Assembly (NCBI RefSeq): GCF_036321535.1
Contig: NC_087437.1
Coordinates: forward strand, 10,170,001-10,234,000
From: Camelus dromedarius
Taxonomy: Eukaryota
Direction of reading: 5' to 3'
DNA length: 64,000 nt
Shown here: positions 1 through 13,174 of the stretch, in pieces
Numbering within the stretch: position 1 is the first letter of the stretch
Layout: every line of letters starts with the position of its first letter
Program-made: the position numbers and the translations under genes
Notes under the pieces: generated by a model
What the model was told of the DNA's origin: nothing
Database searches by the model: none
The model's input: the letters and a program-made list of their open reading frames with translations, nothing else

Positions 1-334
1 ATAATCTTAATTTTAAAAAGGGACGTGCAGAACACATCACATAGCATGCTCATATTGTACAATTAAACAAAGCAAAAAAAAATAAAATAAAATAGTGGAT
101 ATTGAATTTCCCACCATCCAGATAACATAGTTTCTTGCAGTCAGATTTAATTAATTAAGAAAATTGAGTAATGTAATTTTTTTTTGCCCAGCTAAGTGTG
201 TGGAATAAGAATCATTCCAACTAGAAAGAGGAAGATGTAACAGAGAGATCCATTTTTACGTGGGTTTCAGTCCTCACTACCAAAGCCTTTGTTTAACCTT
301 CTCCACTTGTGTCTGCTTTGAAGTTATTCCGTTA

Positions 335-347
335 GTGCGTGTGTGTG

Positions 348-388
<41 letters not shown>

Positions 389-389
389 G
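335..389. repeat. (TG)n microsatellite
   Basis: Near-perfect GT dinucleotide run read directly. Confidence 0.95.
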
Positions 390-2140
390 AAGGGACCTCC
401 AGAATCCGAATGCACATTTTGAAATGTCTCCCTATGTCTTCTATGTAAGATTATCAAATTAGCTGAGCATAATATTCTTGGGGGAGTCTTTTCCTCATTA
501 CTTTGTAACTTGGCAGTTAGATCATGGTCATCTCTCAAAAGCAATTAGCAGGAAGCAGTGCATGCCCTTGGGAATAAAAGAAGATTGGGGATGTACCTAG
601 TCTTACTTGTGTCTCAGTTTCAATCCAACCTTTAGGGAAAAGCCAAATTCTTTTAAATGATAATTAGGTGGAATGGGCTGTGTCCCTGATACTTGCTAAA
701 AGAAAAAACAAAAGGCAAAGGGCATATCTGGACTTGCCGTGGAGAACACTCACTAGTGAATTCTTCTGTAGTCAGTAATTTATGCTTTCCGTGACTGGCT
801 TCTAGAATTTCTCTTTGTGTAACAATAGCCAGAAGAAAACACATTTTAGCCTTTATTAAAAGGAAATATGTGTCCCCTTATTTGAGACTTGTTTTCCTTG
901 CAGAAATATGGACTAAAGGCTACAGAGCACTTCGGGCTTTACACCTAGGAATATTAGAGTAGGTTGATAGCAGGGCATTAACGAGGATCTGCTGCCTGAA
1001 TGAGCCTCAGGCGTGTATCGTATTCAAGAGTTGTCCTTTTGATTAACTGTTCATGGACTGAGAGACCCTCAAATCTAGGTCTGGGCGTCTTGGAGATGTG
1101 TCTGAAGACCTAATGGACAACAAGCCTCCTAGGATTGGAAACCCACCTCTTCCCCGCCACATTCACCAATCACCTTCCTCTGGAGTTGTCAGCACCCTCC
1201 CAAGTCTCCTGCTCCTCTGGAAGATTACTAAGTGTAGTGATATCCTGAACAGCACAGATTTTTAAGATCCGTTAGGAACTATTTAGATGATGTATGCATT
1301 TCTGGGGTGAAGTGTAAAAGAATTTTGTCTTAACTATTTAAAGTCAAGGTTAACTTTTTACACTACTATCTTATAGTAAGTCTGTACCAACTGCTCAAAG
1401 CCATATCCCATGGATCTAAGTCATGGAGGAAAATTTGTATGTTATTCCACCAAATAAATAACTTTTATCACATTCATTTTAAAAGGCAAAAGGGGCTACC
1501 ACTTGACTTTGTTATTTTTTTCCTTAATGCCTACTGCTTCTATGAAATGTTTCATGATTGATACAGTGATTCATATCTAGATTTGATCTTTTTTCCCCCA
1601 TCAATTCCATGTGATTGATCTGCCAGTCTTGTGAAAATGCTTTTTGAAAAATCCATGGAGATTATATAAGTTTTTTCCCCAGCTAGCGGTTCCTTATGTT
1701 TATTAATCATTGCCTGAAAAGGAACACATATTGTTAGTAGCGAGTATTACAATGGTAATCTTCAATTTGGCTGTTTAAATGTGCTGGCAAAGTGCCCAAG
1801 GGATAAAGAGACTATAATAAACAGGTAGCAGGTACTTCAGGAGTTATTGTATTGAACTACTTCTTTCAAGAGAGACCATTAAATTCACTGTCATTGCCGC
1901 AAGCACGGAGGGCTGCATAAACCAAGGTCAAAACCAACTCCATTGTTGTCCAGTGGATTCATCATCGCTCATTATGACCATATTTCATGTTACGTGTGGG
2001 CAGGAAAACTGAAGAGCTGTTCTTGTGTTCCCTGGTTGGAAACACTGCTGGGTTTTGCTTGGTACATCTATAAATAGTTGCTGTTTTTCTATTGAATACA
2101 TTAATGATACTCAGTAAATATATACTTACCATTTAGGGGA

Positions 2141-2670
2141 CGGCCAATATTCTGGCCCCAAGTAAGCACAGCCCAGGCACAGAGTTTGTAGAAGCGTTAG
2201 GTTTGAGCGTAGGAAACTGACTCAAGGATACTGGGTGAGTTTAAAAAAAAAAAATGTGATAAAAATTATGTCTTGCTAGCACAACATAGCACTTTTCAGA
2301 AGCCGTGACCCACAGCACTCCGAAATCCTGGGTGAAGATTTCTGAAAGTGGGAGACTTATCCTGGACAACCTGGGTCTGACTGTGGAACGTTGGACTCCC
2401 CCAAGCTTCACTCTCCGAAACCACAACCCGTCAGTCAGGGAAACAAAAGTCACTCCGGCAGGAGGGAATTCAGTAGGAGCGCTTTTAAAATTCTGGGAAG
2501 GGCTGAAAGAGTGGGGAACGTAGAAAGCGCTCCACACACTCCACACGGCGGGAATTTCAAGCAGAAATCTTAGAAGGGCAGGCGTGGTGCGAAATTTCCA
2601 ACAGCCGCCATCTAGAACATGATTGCATCTGCTTTGTTTATTTAACCAAAATCAGCATTCGGAAGACGTC
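2141..2670. promoter_or_regulatory. CpG-enriched promoter-like segment
   Basis: 19 CpGs counted in ~530 bp of otherwise CpG-poor DNA. Motifs: GGCGGGAATTTCAA (E2F/CHR-like, ~2547), GCCGCCATCT (YY1, ~2604), TGACTCA (AP-1, 2218). Confidence 0.4.
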
Positions 2671-2884
2671 TGCTGAACAACCCATCACTGCTTTTGGAGG
2701 AATTCTTCCTGATAATTTGTTGGAGGAGATCTCCTTCTTGCGATTGAGTTACCTGTCCCTTGCAGTTGTCCTACTGTGTTGCAGTTATTTATGTTTATGT
2801 CGTTTCCCCAACTAAGATCCTTGAGGACAGGTTCTGTAACCCCACATACCTATTGAAAAACACGGTTTGTAATAAAAATAGTAT

Positions 2885-3095
2885 CTACTGTTTATTCATC
2901 ACCTAGTCATCAAGCACTGCTCTGTTCTGCCTTATATTTACTCAATCTCATTTAATACCCATGACAACTCTATAAAAAAAAAATTCCCATTTACAAGTAG
3001 GAAACAGACTCTGAGAGAGTCACTATTTAGTAATGTAGTAGCGCTAAGGATTTAAGTCTGGTCTGTCAAGCCCAAAGCCCATGTTCTTCCCATGT
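2885..3095 (-). mobile_element. MIR SINE
   Basis: Core-like 'cccatttacaagtaggaaacagactctgagag' and 5' part 'ggatttaagtctggtctgtcaagcccaaagcccatg'. Confidence 0.7.
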
Positions 3096-3353
3096 CGTGT
3101 CAGGACTGCGATGTCAGAGAATGATGGTGTTAAAGTGTGGCCTAAATGTTATCATAAATATCTCCAGTGATGGGGGATCATGTCTCAAATAGCACATTCA
3201 ATTATGGGAAACTTTATTTCTCAGAAAGTAGTTTCTTCCAATGAGCCTTACAGGGCGTGATACCCTCCATTTGGGTGTGCTCCAATTTGACCATAGTGTG
3301 TAGAAACTGCAAAGAGGGAGGAAACTGTCTTTAGGTAAGATTTTTGGACAGCC

Positions 3354-3445
3354 CAGTCTATCCTCTGCACTATTCCAAGGGGCATCAGTCACATAGATTA
3401 GCATGTGAATGGCGCCCCCTGGAGTTGTGCAATATAATGGCCCTG
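3354..3445. mobile_element. MER91-like palindromic hAT MITE carrying a CTCF motif
   Basis: Imperfect inverted arms 'tgcactattccaaggggcatcagtcacat' / 'atgtgaatggcgccccctggagttgtgca', ending ggccctg. Confidence 0.7.
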
Positions 3446-3589
3446 ACTTATGCCAGAAATGAGAATTTATTAGGCACTTGACAAACATTGACTGCAGATG
3501 CTTACATGCTAGTACCAAAGAGGAGGAGAGAAAGTTAAAAAAAAAATTATTTAATAGTCTGGGAGCTTATGGTATGAAATAAAGACAAC

Positions 3590-3700
3590 TAGTGTACCTA
3601 CTTCTAGGGTGGTTGTAGGAATTAAATAAGTTGTTACATGTAACAACCTAGAACAATACTTGGCACATAATAAACACCCAATAAGCACTAGTTATTTCAT
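3590..3700 (+). mobile_element. MIR 3' fragment
   Basis: 'agggtggttgtaggaattaaataag...agaacaatacttggcacataataaacacccaataa'. Confidence 0.7.
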
Positions 3701-4043
3701 TAATAATAGTTATTGTTTGACACATGAATATTCACAGAAGACACGATGGAGACTAAGACAAGGTCTCTACCTTCAAAGAATGTTTACACATTATTATTCT
3801 CCTAAACTTTATTGCCTCTATAAGGAATGGGGTCTCCCTCACTTCCTCCTTCTGAAGTTCAGTGAAATGCTACAACTGTGAAGAATTCTGGTTCTTCATC
3901 CAGAGATGAGAATAAGATGTCCTACTCTGGTCCACCATGTTTCAAAGGATCAGGAGAAGAGATATATCTTTCTCAGGAGGCTACTCTGATTATTCGGTAT
4001 AAACACCTTTCTCAGGGTCATTTCCTCTGAAGCAGTGAAGCAG

Positions 4044-4570
4044 TGAAGGAGGCAGGGAACTAGGGAATCAAAACTCGGACTCATTGTCTAGAGAATCCTT
4101 TAAAAGCTTCAATTTAACCTATGCTTGAGGAGATACTTTTGCTTGAGTGATGGAAAAAGTTATCCTAAGGGAACAGCATGTCCTGCCTGCTTAATCTTGT
4201 TTGACCATATTGCTTGAGGTTCTTGCCTGCTTAATCTTGTTTCTGCAAAGTGATCACTCTACCCCAGAGAAGAATGAGTAGAGGAATGAGCACAGAAAGG
4301 ACAGCCAGTGAGAAGAAGACAAGAAGCCTCAAAGAACAGTTAAAGGGACCCAGCCAGGACCCTAGGGGTAGAAGTTCTTACATCAAGCCACTTGAGCTTA
4401 CAGCTCCACAGCTGGAGCAGCATTTTTCCTTCCCCTTGGGTAAATAAACCAGCTTTTACCCTGCTCTGCTCTGCCCTTCTGCCTCAGCTGTGACTTCTTT
4501 CCAGCTGGCAGGCAAGAACCCATCTTTTGGGGGATCCCCATTCTGTGGAGAAGTTTTGCATCTGCTAACA
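4044..4570 (+). mobile_element. solo ERV LTR
   Basis: AATAAA at ~4443, U5-like 'tgacttctttccagctggcaggcaagaacc', ends ctaaCA. Possible 4-bp TSD gcag/gcgg; 5' boundary uncertain. Confidence 0.6.
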
Positions 4571-4705
4571 GCGGCACCGTCCCACATTATATCAACCAGG
4601 CACATATGACTATTCAATGCAAATTTTCATTATTTAAATTGAAAATCAGCTCCTCTGTTAATAGCCACATGTGGCAAGAGACTACCTGTGGAACAGTGCA
4701 GACAT
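4571..4705. mobile_element. MER3/MER33-like hAT-Charlie fragment
   Basis: 'aatagccacatgtggcaagagactacctgtggaacagtgcag' signature. Confidence 0.65.
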
Positions 4706-5104
4706 AGAATATAGCCATCATCACAGAGAATTCTGTTACCACTCTAAAGTGATAGCAAGTCTCTCACTGTGGGGTGCAGTTACCAAGCTGGATCTCTGAG
4801 ACATCGGCTCAGGACCACAAACGACTACACACATACCATGAGCTCTCTGGGATCAGGCAGCTTTGGGGATTATGTCACTAAAGACAAATGCTCATAAATG
4901 TTTTCTCACAAGCTGATGATTTTCACTGAGCCTGCCAAAGTAGAGGGTCCCACCCTGTTGTCCTTGCTGAGTTTACCACCAACACCCAGAGCGGATGGAG
5001 TGATAGGAAGGCTAGAAAGCAAACTCAGCTAATTCACAAACTGTACTAACAATGGGAACCAGGGCAAGGATGCAACGAAAAATTGCTGATATCAATTTGG
5101 AGTT

Positions 5105-5275
5105 TGGGACCAAGGACAGCAATTCTGAGTTCCAATACTTTGCGTGACATAGGTGAGGTATTTACCCTCACAGCGCTCCAGTTTTTGTGGTAACAAAAAG
5201 CGAGTGTGATCAGTTTTTGGGGAAGTAAAAATAAGCTCCTGTATGTAAAACACTTTTCATAGTGCCCGGCACAAG
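5105..5275 (+). mobile_element. MIR SINE
   Basis: 'gtgacataggtgaggtatttaccctc...tatgtaaaacacttttcatagtgcccggcaca'. Confidence 0.6.
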
Positions 5276-5342
5276 GCAGGCTTTCCGCAAAAACAGGGAA
5301 GGTCACCTTGTGGGCAGCCAGCAGAAACAGGGAAGGTCACCT

Positions 5343-5938
5343 TGAAATGGAACAGGACCCTGTAGTGTCCTCCCAGGTACAGATCTTTTCAGTGTCCCCC
5401 CTTTCTTGTTTGTAGGAAATTGGTTTCATTCAGCCTCCTTGACCTTCACTGACTTCTACAGGGCAGACTCAAACAGTTGCTTATCAGGGGAGAGAGGGAA
5501 TGCAGAAACAAAGGAGGAACAGGTGAAAAATAATCGTACAGTCCTGGGGAAGGGGGCTGGCTACTCCTCAAGGAAAATGTATGACAATACCTTTGAGTTC
5601 TTCTTCAGGAGCTAAGGTCCCCACCCAAATGAAGGGTGGTGACTGAGCACAAGAGTCCTGGACCACCGCCCTGTTACCTCCCCACCAACCAATCAGAAGA
5701 AAGTCTGCACACAGTACAAGATAACAAAGACTCTGACCCCTTCCTCCCTACAAATGGTTCTCCCTTTACAAACTTTCATGGTCCAGCAGAATCTTTCGGA
5801 GCTGTTGTTTGGACGCTAGTCCTCCTTCTCCCCAAGTTGCTGGCTTCCTGAATAAAGCAACCTTTCCTTCCCAGCCAACACTTTTCTCTCAAGTATTGCC
5901 TTTTGAGTGGTGAGCAGAGGAACCTGAGTTTGGTAACA
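5343..5938 (+). mobile_element. solo ERV1-class LTR
   Basis: TGaaatggaacaggaccctg ... tttggtaaCA termini, CCAAT box (~5690), AATAAA (5851), TSD acct/atct. Confidence 0.85.
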
Positions 5939-7724
5939 ATCTGAGCCTGTGAGCAAATCATTTCTTTAACCTGCACTTCAGTTTTTATCTGATCTGCCTT
6001 GGTTTTTATCTGATGTTCACTTTCCTCAGCTTTGTTGCAAAGATAACATAAGGTGATACATGTGAAAGTAGGTATAAATTTTCAGATAACATAAAAATAT
6101 GTTTTGCTTGTCCTATCTCTTTAATGAGCTTGATTATTTTCCACGCCTATCTCACATAGATTGTTGGTATATATATATATGAGAGATTTGTGGGAGGAAA
6201 AATGAAAAAGAACTACTTCAATGCTATTTTTAATGCTCTACTTCATATGGGAAAACTTCAGATTAATAGAAGCACTTAAACTACCACTTGACAAAAATGA
6301 GCGTAAGTCACATTAAGCCAGCATGCTTTGGGGACCTAGAGTGTGCAAAGCAACTCTCCCTTTCTCTCAAGAGATTAGAAGTTTTTCCAGAAACAAAGGA
6401 AGTCATTAATCCTTGGTCAGCAGTATTTTGCATGTGTTAAGACAGCAAATTCAGTTTGACATTTTCTATTTATTTTTCTAGCTGACTTAGAGAGCTCGTG
6501 GATGATTTGAAAAATTGTTCTGAAGCGGCACCTGACCCATTTACTGCTGCAAGTAGGGTTATCAGGGAAACCAGAGAAATGCCACAAGTCAGGGAGACAT
6601 CATCTTAAAGTTTTGCTCTTTCTATTTTAAAGAAATAGAACTTGAATAAACCCTGAATAAAATTAAAATGTCATATTGCCAGTCACACGTCAATGTTAAT
6701 TCTCTGGTTTTCTATGAGTCCACTGGCTGACTTTATTCATCTCTTGTTCTTGCCACTGAGGGAAGAGGGATAAATAAAAAAAAATGATATTCTTTTAAAA
6801 TGAAGAAGTGAAGAAAAGTGTCAAAATCTAGGTCTTGGCCTTTATTACCAACTCCGAAACTTTATTCCAGTGGAGAAAATAATTGCAAAGATTGAAAGTA
6901 ACACAGAAATGACCATTTGATTCAAAAAGTGCCACTTACTGTTCCATTAAAAGCCATAACATTTACTATGAACCACATAATCAGGTGTAGTTATTCACCT
7001 TCATTAATAGCAGTTGTCTGAATTATATTGACATTTGAAAGGAGTAGGCTGTCAGGAATGCCAAAATCTTCCAGGTCAATGTCCAGGGAATTTTATTACA
7101 GCTACTTTCCCCTGGTCTCCCCTAAAACAGGGGATTCAGTTAGAGAAAGTAGCCTCCATTTAGATGTTCATAGCTTTCTTCATTAACAAATTCTCAATGG
7201 TCCCCGTGGGTAATCTTGTCAACCTTTGGGAACTCAGCCTTCCATACCTCAGACTTTACTGGTCCCATATGTGAGTCCTTGCCTAGTGTGAACTATCTCA
7301 GTTCATTCATTCATTCATTCATCCATCCACCATTTATTCATCCATTTATCCATACTTTCATTATTCATTTTCTTCTAACGTGTATCAGGAGGTGCTGGGA
7401 GTAAAACAAAGCCATATCCTAATATTGGTCCTCTCTGCTTGCCCTTGCTTGCCCTCATCTCTAGGATTTATCCTAGACAATTGAAAAAGTTCACCTCCAG
7501 AGGTGAATTTTGATTGGGAAAGCTAGTCTTCATGATAGTTTTTTAAATTGCCTGTTGATTTCCTAGCACATGCCATATAGTTCCTGTTGTAAATGTCTTT
7601 TCTCTCCAAGTCTCCAATTTTAATCATGAAAGATGCCTGTGTCCTCCATGTACAAAGAAAAGATAGGATTTCCACAAGGACTTCCATGTCTCCTTTTCTT
7701 AACTCATGCACAGAAATGCCATGA

Positions 7725-8103
<379 letters not shown>

Positions 8104-8589
8104 CCGCGAATTGTTGCTGTTAGTTTTCCTGGAGCCATCTCTTGGATCGAGAGTAATGTAAAAAATTCCTCTGAAACCCAGGACTACACATTAGCATTCC
8201 TAGAAAAGCCACAGTGCCAAACCCAGTGCTATAAACTAGAAACCCAACAGGTAATGTTGCATAAAATTAATCAAAGGGAAAACTTTGCTCAAGATCCAGT
8301 AAGTCCCCCCACAAAGCAAGCAGGTATTTGCAGTGAGAAGAGACATTAGGATTGAGTTTCAAGAGCAGAGACTCAAGGCAGACTTGTGCATAGCTCAGAG
8401 CTCAGAACCAGGATTAAAAAGAGAAAAACTGTAAGAAGTCAGATCCTAGATAGGAAGAAGAAACTTTGAACACATCCAGTTTTTCAGCAATGAATCTTGC
8501 TCATCAGGAATACTTCTCTAATTGCCACAAATCCAAACCCCAAAGCACTGTTCTTAACCTTGGTGATGGCAGTGAGATGTATTCAACTA

Positions 8590-10022
8590 TAAAAGACAGA
8601 ACACCTGACAGCTGTCTTTAACATTTGTCTCTTCCTCCTCACCAACCTACCAACATATCCAAACCATCACCAAGACCAGCAAATACCTCCTCTTGGATAT
8701 CTCCCCCAGTCTGTCCTCAAGGCTCCATTCATGCTCCTAACCCCCTAGTTCAAACTATCATCATTCCTTGTCCAGATCACCCTAATAATCTCCCATCTTG
8801 TCTTCCCCCTTCCACTCTTCCTTTTCTTCAATCTATCTTCCCACAATATCCACAGTCATCCTAAATAAAGATCTCATAATAGCCTTTCTCTGCTTAATGC
8901 CTTTCTGTGACTTCTTAGTGCTGCCTTTGGGAAATTTCAATCTAATTTTATCTAACAAGCTCAACATGAGCCCACCCCTCTTTCTTACCCTGGTTCCATA
9001 ATGCTGCCGTGTCTGCCTTCCACTGCTTTCCAAATACTGGCCTTCCTTCAGTTCCCTAAACATGCCATGCTTTTCTCATGCCGGGAACTACACACTGTTG
9101 GTTTAGAGATTAGACCAGCTGCCTGCTAATCTCTTACTCGTCTCTGTGTATGAGTGTGTTGGAATGAGATAGCCAAAAGCAGAAGGCTCCAGCTACCATC
9201 TGATTCTAAAGAAAACAGCACTTCCGGGGGCTACAGTATCCCTTGTATCATGATCTCCATAGCACTTGGAAAATTTGACATTTCTCTTTTGGGTCCCACC
9301 ACTCTTTCCTTTCCTCACCTCTGTTTTCATCCTTCTTAAAACCACCACCACCATCAAAGTCCACTGGATGCAAAGTTTACCCCACCTATGCCAGTCCTAT
9401 CTGGGTACCTCAGGCTTTTGCTCTAGTCCTTTCTTCCACAGCCTTCATCCCCAAGTTCCTTTCTCACCCCATTCGTCTGATCCCTGCTATCTATTCCCAC
9501 AGTAAGTTGGTGAAGTACAAAGAACATGGAGAATGGTAAAAGCAGGGTTCTTGAGCCTGAGACACTGAGCTGATACTCCAGCTCTCCTACGTGCAGGTCC
9601 TCTGATACCAGATACATCGCTCTTTCCTCATTCCCTATGCTTCATTATAACGAAACATTTTCAGCTGCCCTACAGCATCTCTACCTCTCCAGGGCCTTCC
9701 GTGTGTTTTTTTCCACACCCGGGCTCACTCTTCCCACTGCTCCCCTTCCTGCCTTACTCTTACTTGGATGATCCCTCCCCAAGGAGGTCTTCCCTTAGCC
9801 CCTGAGTCTATGTTTGCTGCCCTTGTCTGTGACCCCTTGCCATCCTCCACTTCCCTCATAAGTGCACTTAACATCCACAGTAATTATCATCGTTAAAATT
9901 CACTTTCCCTCACTAGCTCTCAACTCCAAGGAGGCAGGAGAGGAAACATCTTGTCCACAACTCTATTCTCCAGGGCTTGGCACCATGCCGGAATAAGCAG
10001 TCGATGTATGTTGAATGAATAA
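8590..10022 (+). mobile_element. fragmented L2 LINE 3' region
   Basis: C/T-rich L2-like segments at ~8590-9100 and ~9650-10022, ending in the L2 tail 'tgttgaatgaat'. Confidence 0.65.
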
Positions 10023-11587
10023 AAATGCTGAAGGGACACTCTCTTCACTCACCTCTAAACTCCACAAAGTGGTTGTGGAGATTTATTTATTGCATTTTTA
10101 AATTTTATTGCATCTGCCAAATGTTGTGCCTAGGACAACATAGCTATTTAGTTTTGTCTAGCAAATAGTAGAGTTTCAATAAATACATTTATTCACTCAC
10201 CCACAGGTATTTATGGCTACTATTGGATAAATTTATTATTCTCTGTAGAATAATGCATTTGAAGTTTACATGTACCTTTCTGGAAATACAAAGTCTTAAT
10301 TCACTGGATAGACTTAAGGTATCATGGCAGGCAATCAGTTTAACATCTGGGCAGGGGAGTCTTTCTGACCCTTAAATCACAGCACAGTGGATAGACCCCA
10401 CTTCCTGTCTATATGGGGGTTAAACTTTGCCAGGAGGATCCCCTGAAGTTGTTAAAGTCAGGGTCGAGCTGCCTGGTGTGACTGACAGAGTTCCTGGGGA
10501 GGCTTCTGGTACACCTGCAGCACCAATTTGAATGACACCTGGAGCAGGGCAGAGGGAAGCAATGAGAAGTCAGCGGTAGCCCATAGTTCAGTGAACAGTA
10601 GAAATCTACCAGGTAAATGGATGCTAATTTCTACCACTACTGGGTCCCCTTGACTTGTGTGTTTCCACTTGCTCCTTTACTTCCTGGTCCGTCCTGGCAT
10701 CATCAGGCTCCCTCCTCTACATTAGTCTGGTCCTCCAGGCTGACTGTCTGCCTTAAAGTGCCTGATCTCGGCCAGAAGCAGTGGCAGTGACGAAGAGAAG
10801 CAGACTGCGTCAGCAAGCTTCAGTTCCCACAAAGAGCTGACGGCTTCGTTTGTGGTCCATTGCCTCTCTGGCTTCTTCCGTCTGCTTTTCCCACCAGCTG
10901 TTCTCTTCTCCTCTCCTTTGCACCCAAGTCTCCCATCACTTGTCTTTCATCCTTCCCCCTCTGCTAATCCTGTTTCCTCCATTACTTTCCTTCGATCTTT
11001 CTCTGCGACACTCATTTTCACTTCAATTGCTACATGGGAAACACACTGAACAAAAAATTAAAAAGATAAATCTAGCAACAATAAAGAGTATAAAACTATA
11101 CTTTTTCCCCCTAAGTATACCTTTCCTTCTAGGAATCAGAAAAAGTTCACCTGAGTTCTATCCATTTAAAATTAGCATAGCAACACAACTTCATTGCCTA
11201 AAGGTGTAGACCTACTATTCTAAGAATTACATCTTAACTGATTTCAGAACTGGGACCATATTTTTTTTTAAATAAAGCAAATACCATCTAACTGGAATAA
11301 TTCCTCACCCTTTCATGAATTAAAGGAAAAGAAACCTTGATCTGCCTCAACTGTTAGATTCTCCTGTAAATGGCTCAGAAACCAGAGAATTACAACCAAC
11401 CCTACAGAATGAGTCCACGTTGATTCCTGCCCTTCCATCCCACCTATGTGAGTCTCAGAAAGATCCACTGGGCTACCGGCCAGAGGAGGCTTGGTGCCAG
11501 GGTTTGAAGGCTACTGACCAAGCTTGGGTAAAATGAGTATTTATATAAAATAGAAAGAAATGAAGTAAACAGAAAGAAAAGCTAACC

Positions 11588-11712
11588 CGGTGGTTCTCAA
11601 AGGGTGATCCCTGGACCAGGAGCCTCAGAATTCAATCCTTGGAAACACTTTAGAAATGCAAATTCTAGGCTCCCACTCCAGACCTGCTGAATCAGAAGCT
11701 GGTTCTGTGGCC
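11588..11712. mobile_element. MER5A-like hAT-Charlie
   Basis: 'gtggttctcaaa...tagaaatgcaaattctaggctcccactccagacctgctgaatcagaa'. Confidence 0.8.
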
Positions 11713-12118
11713 AAATGACTCTTGGTCTAGAGGAATCAGACTTGGCTTGAGGTGCAGATGGGATTGAAAACAAAGCTGAACAAATAATCATGGCTTAGCA
11801 ATGACAAGGGAAGAGGAGGTCCATGCAAGGGAAGGTCTTTTCCCTCTTTATTTGGGGCCTGACTTCTTACACCTCTACTCTGGTCCATGGTTTCATATAG
11901 GTGATTGCTTCACTATCATTTTTAATTCATAGTGATATATTTAGTCACAAATTTTCTCTACTCTAGGGAAACAATTGTCTGGTAAGTTTCTTACTCTTTC
12001 ATTTATATTTCCTCTGTTTGTCTTGTAGCATCATTGCATACCGTGTACACGAATCCTTTTTATTATTATTTGTCTTTGATGAAGTGAATTCCTCCTGGAC
12101 CATTGGATGGAGGTTCTT

Positions 12119-12241
12119 TTTTTTTTTTCAACAATTTATTTTTTATTTTTATTATTATTTTTAATGGAGGTACTGGGGATTGAACCCATGACCTCGTGCA
12201 TGCTAAGCATGCACTCTAGCACTGAGCTATACCCTCCCCTC
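12119..12241 (-). mobile_element. camelid tRNA-Ala-derived SINE (vic-1 type)
   Basis: Minus strand 'gggagggtatagctcagtgctagagtgcatgcttagcatgcacgaggtcatgggttcaatcccc' (A/B boxes), A-rich tail, perfect 15-bp TSD tggatggaggttctt (12104-12118/12242-12256). Confidence 0.92.
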
Positions 12242-13174
12242 TGGATGGAGGTTCTTGTCAGAGAAGAACTAAGGTCAATATTCCTTCTTAGCAATAATTT
12301 TTCTTATGACCAAGATTTGGGTGTGAGTGCTTCAATATTTATTTCTTGCCGCTGGGAGAGATGAACACTTGCAGAGTGGATCACAGGTTAGGCTCTCTCC
12401 CCTCCTAGCAGTCTCTCCAATGGTTTGCTGCAAAGATGACTTGTGTATTGCATCGCCTCCTAAACCTAGCTTCCTGCTTCTTGTGACTCAAGTGAAACTG
12501 AATCCAGGGAAGGTCCTAGGTTAATCTTCCCATGTACTTATAACGTGTAACAGAGGATTATTGGCTTTGAACATCAGATATGCCACTACTTAGAGGAACA
12601 GATACATGCCAATGTTGCCTAGGTTAAGAGCCACAGCCATCCTCTCTAGCACATTCTGACAGCTTTTCCCCCTTTAATTGCATACCATTTGGCAGCCCTT
12701 GTTCATATATTGTGCTTTGGGGTTATCAAGACTTTAATTTCATCAAACGTGTATTGGCATGTTTATGCTTCTTCTCCGTGTTGCTCTGTGACGATTTCTG
12801 AAAGGAAAGTGAGAAATCTAGAATACCAGCCCAACAAAAACAGGAACACATGTCCTATCGATTCCATCTTCTCTCAATCAACGTAATCTCCTTCTATTCC
12901 AACATCCTTCATCCTAAATTTTCACTTCTCACCTCGAGTTTGGAATATCCTCCTAATGGGTCCCTCTGCCTACAGTTGGGCCTTTTACTAACCATTCTCT
13001 CAATATTGTAGTCTCTTTAAAGTTCAGAATTATCATGTTCCCCTCTGTCGAGAATCTTCCAAAGACTTCCCCTCACTTAGCTTCCAGGACAAAGTTCAAA
13101 TACCTCTTCTCAGCACCAAAGGTCACTTGTGATTGACTCTCGCTCATCTTCTGCTTACATTCTTTAATTCATAT

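Noticed and set aside
12165..12241. tRNA-Ala(AGC)-like sequence (also ~28355, ~30385, ~45375)
   Set aside because: These have A-rich tails, mostly clear TSDs and degenerate stems, so they are SINE copies rather than tRNA genes.
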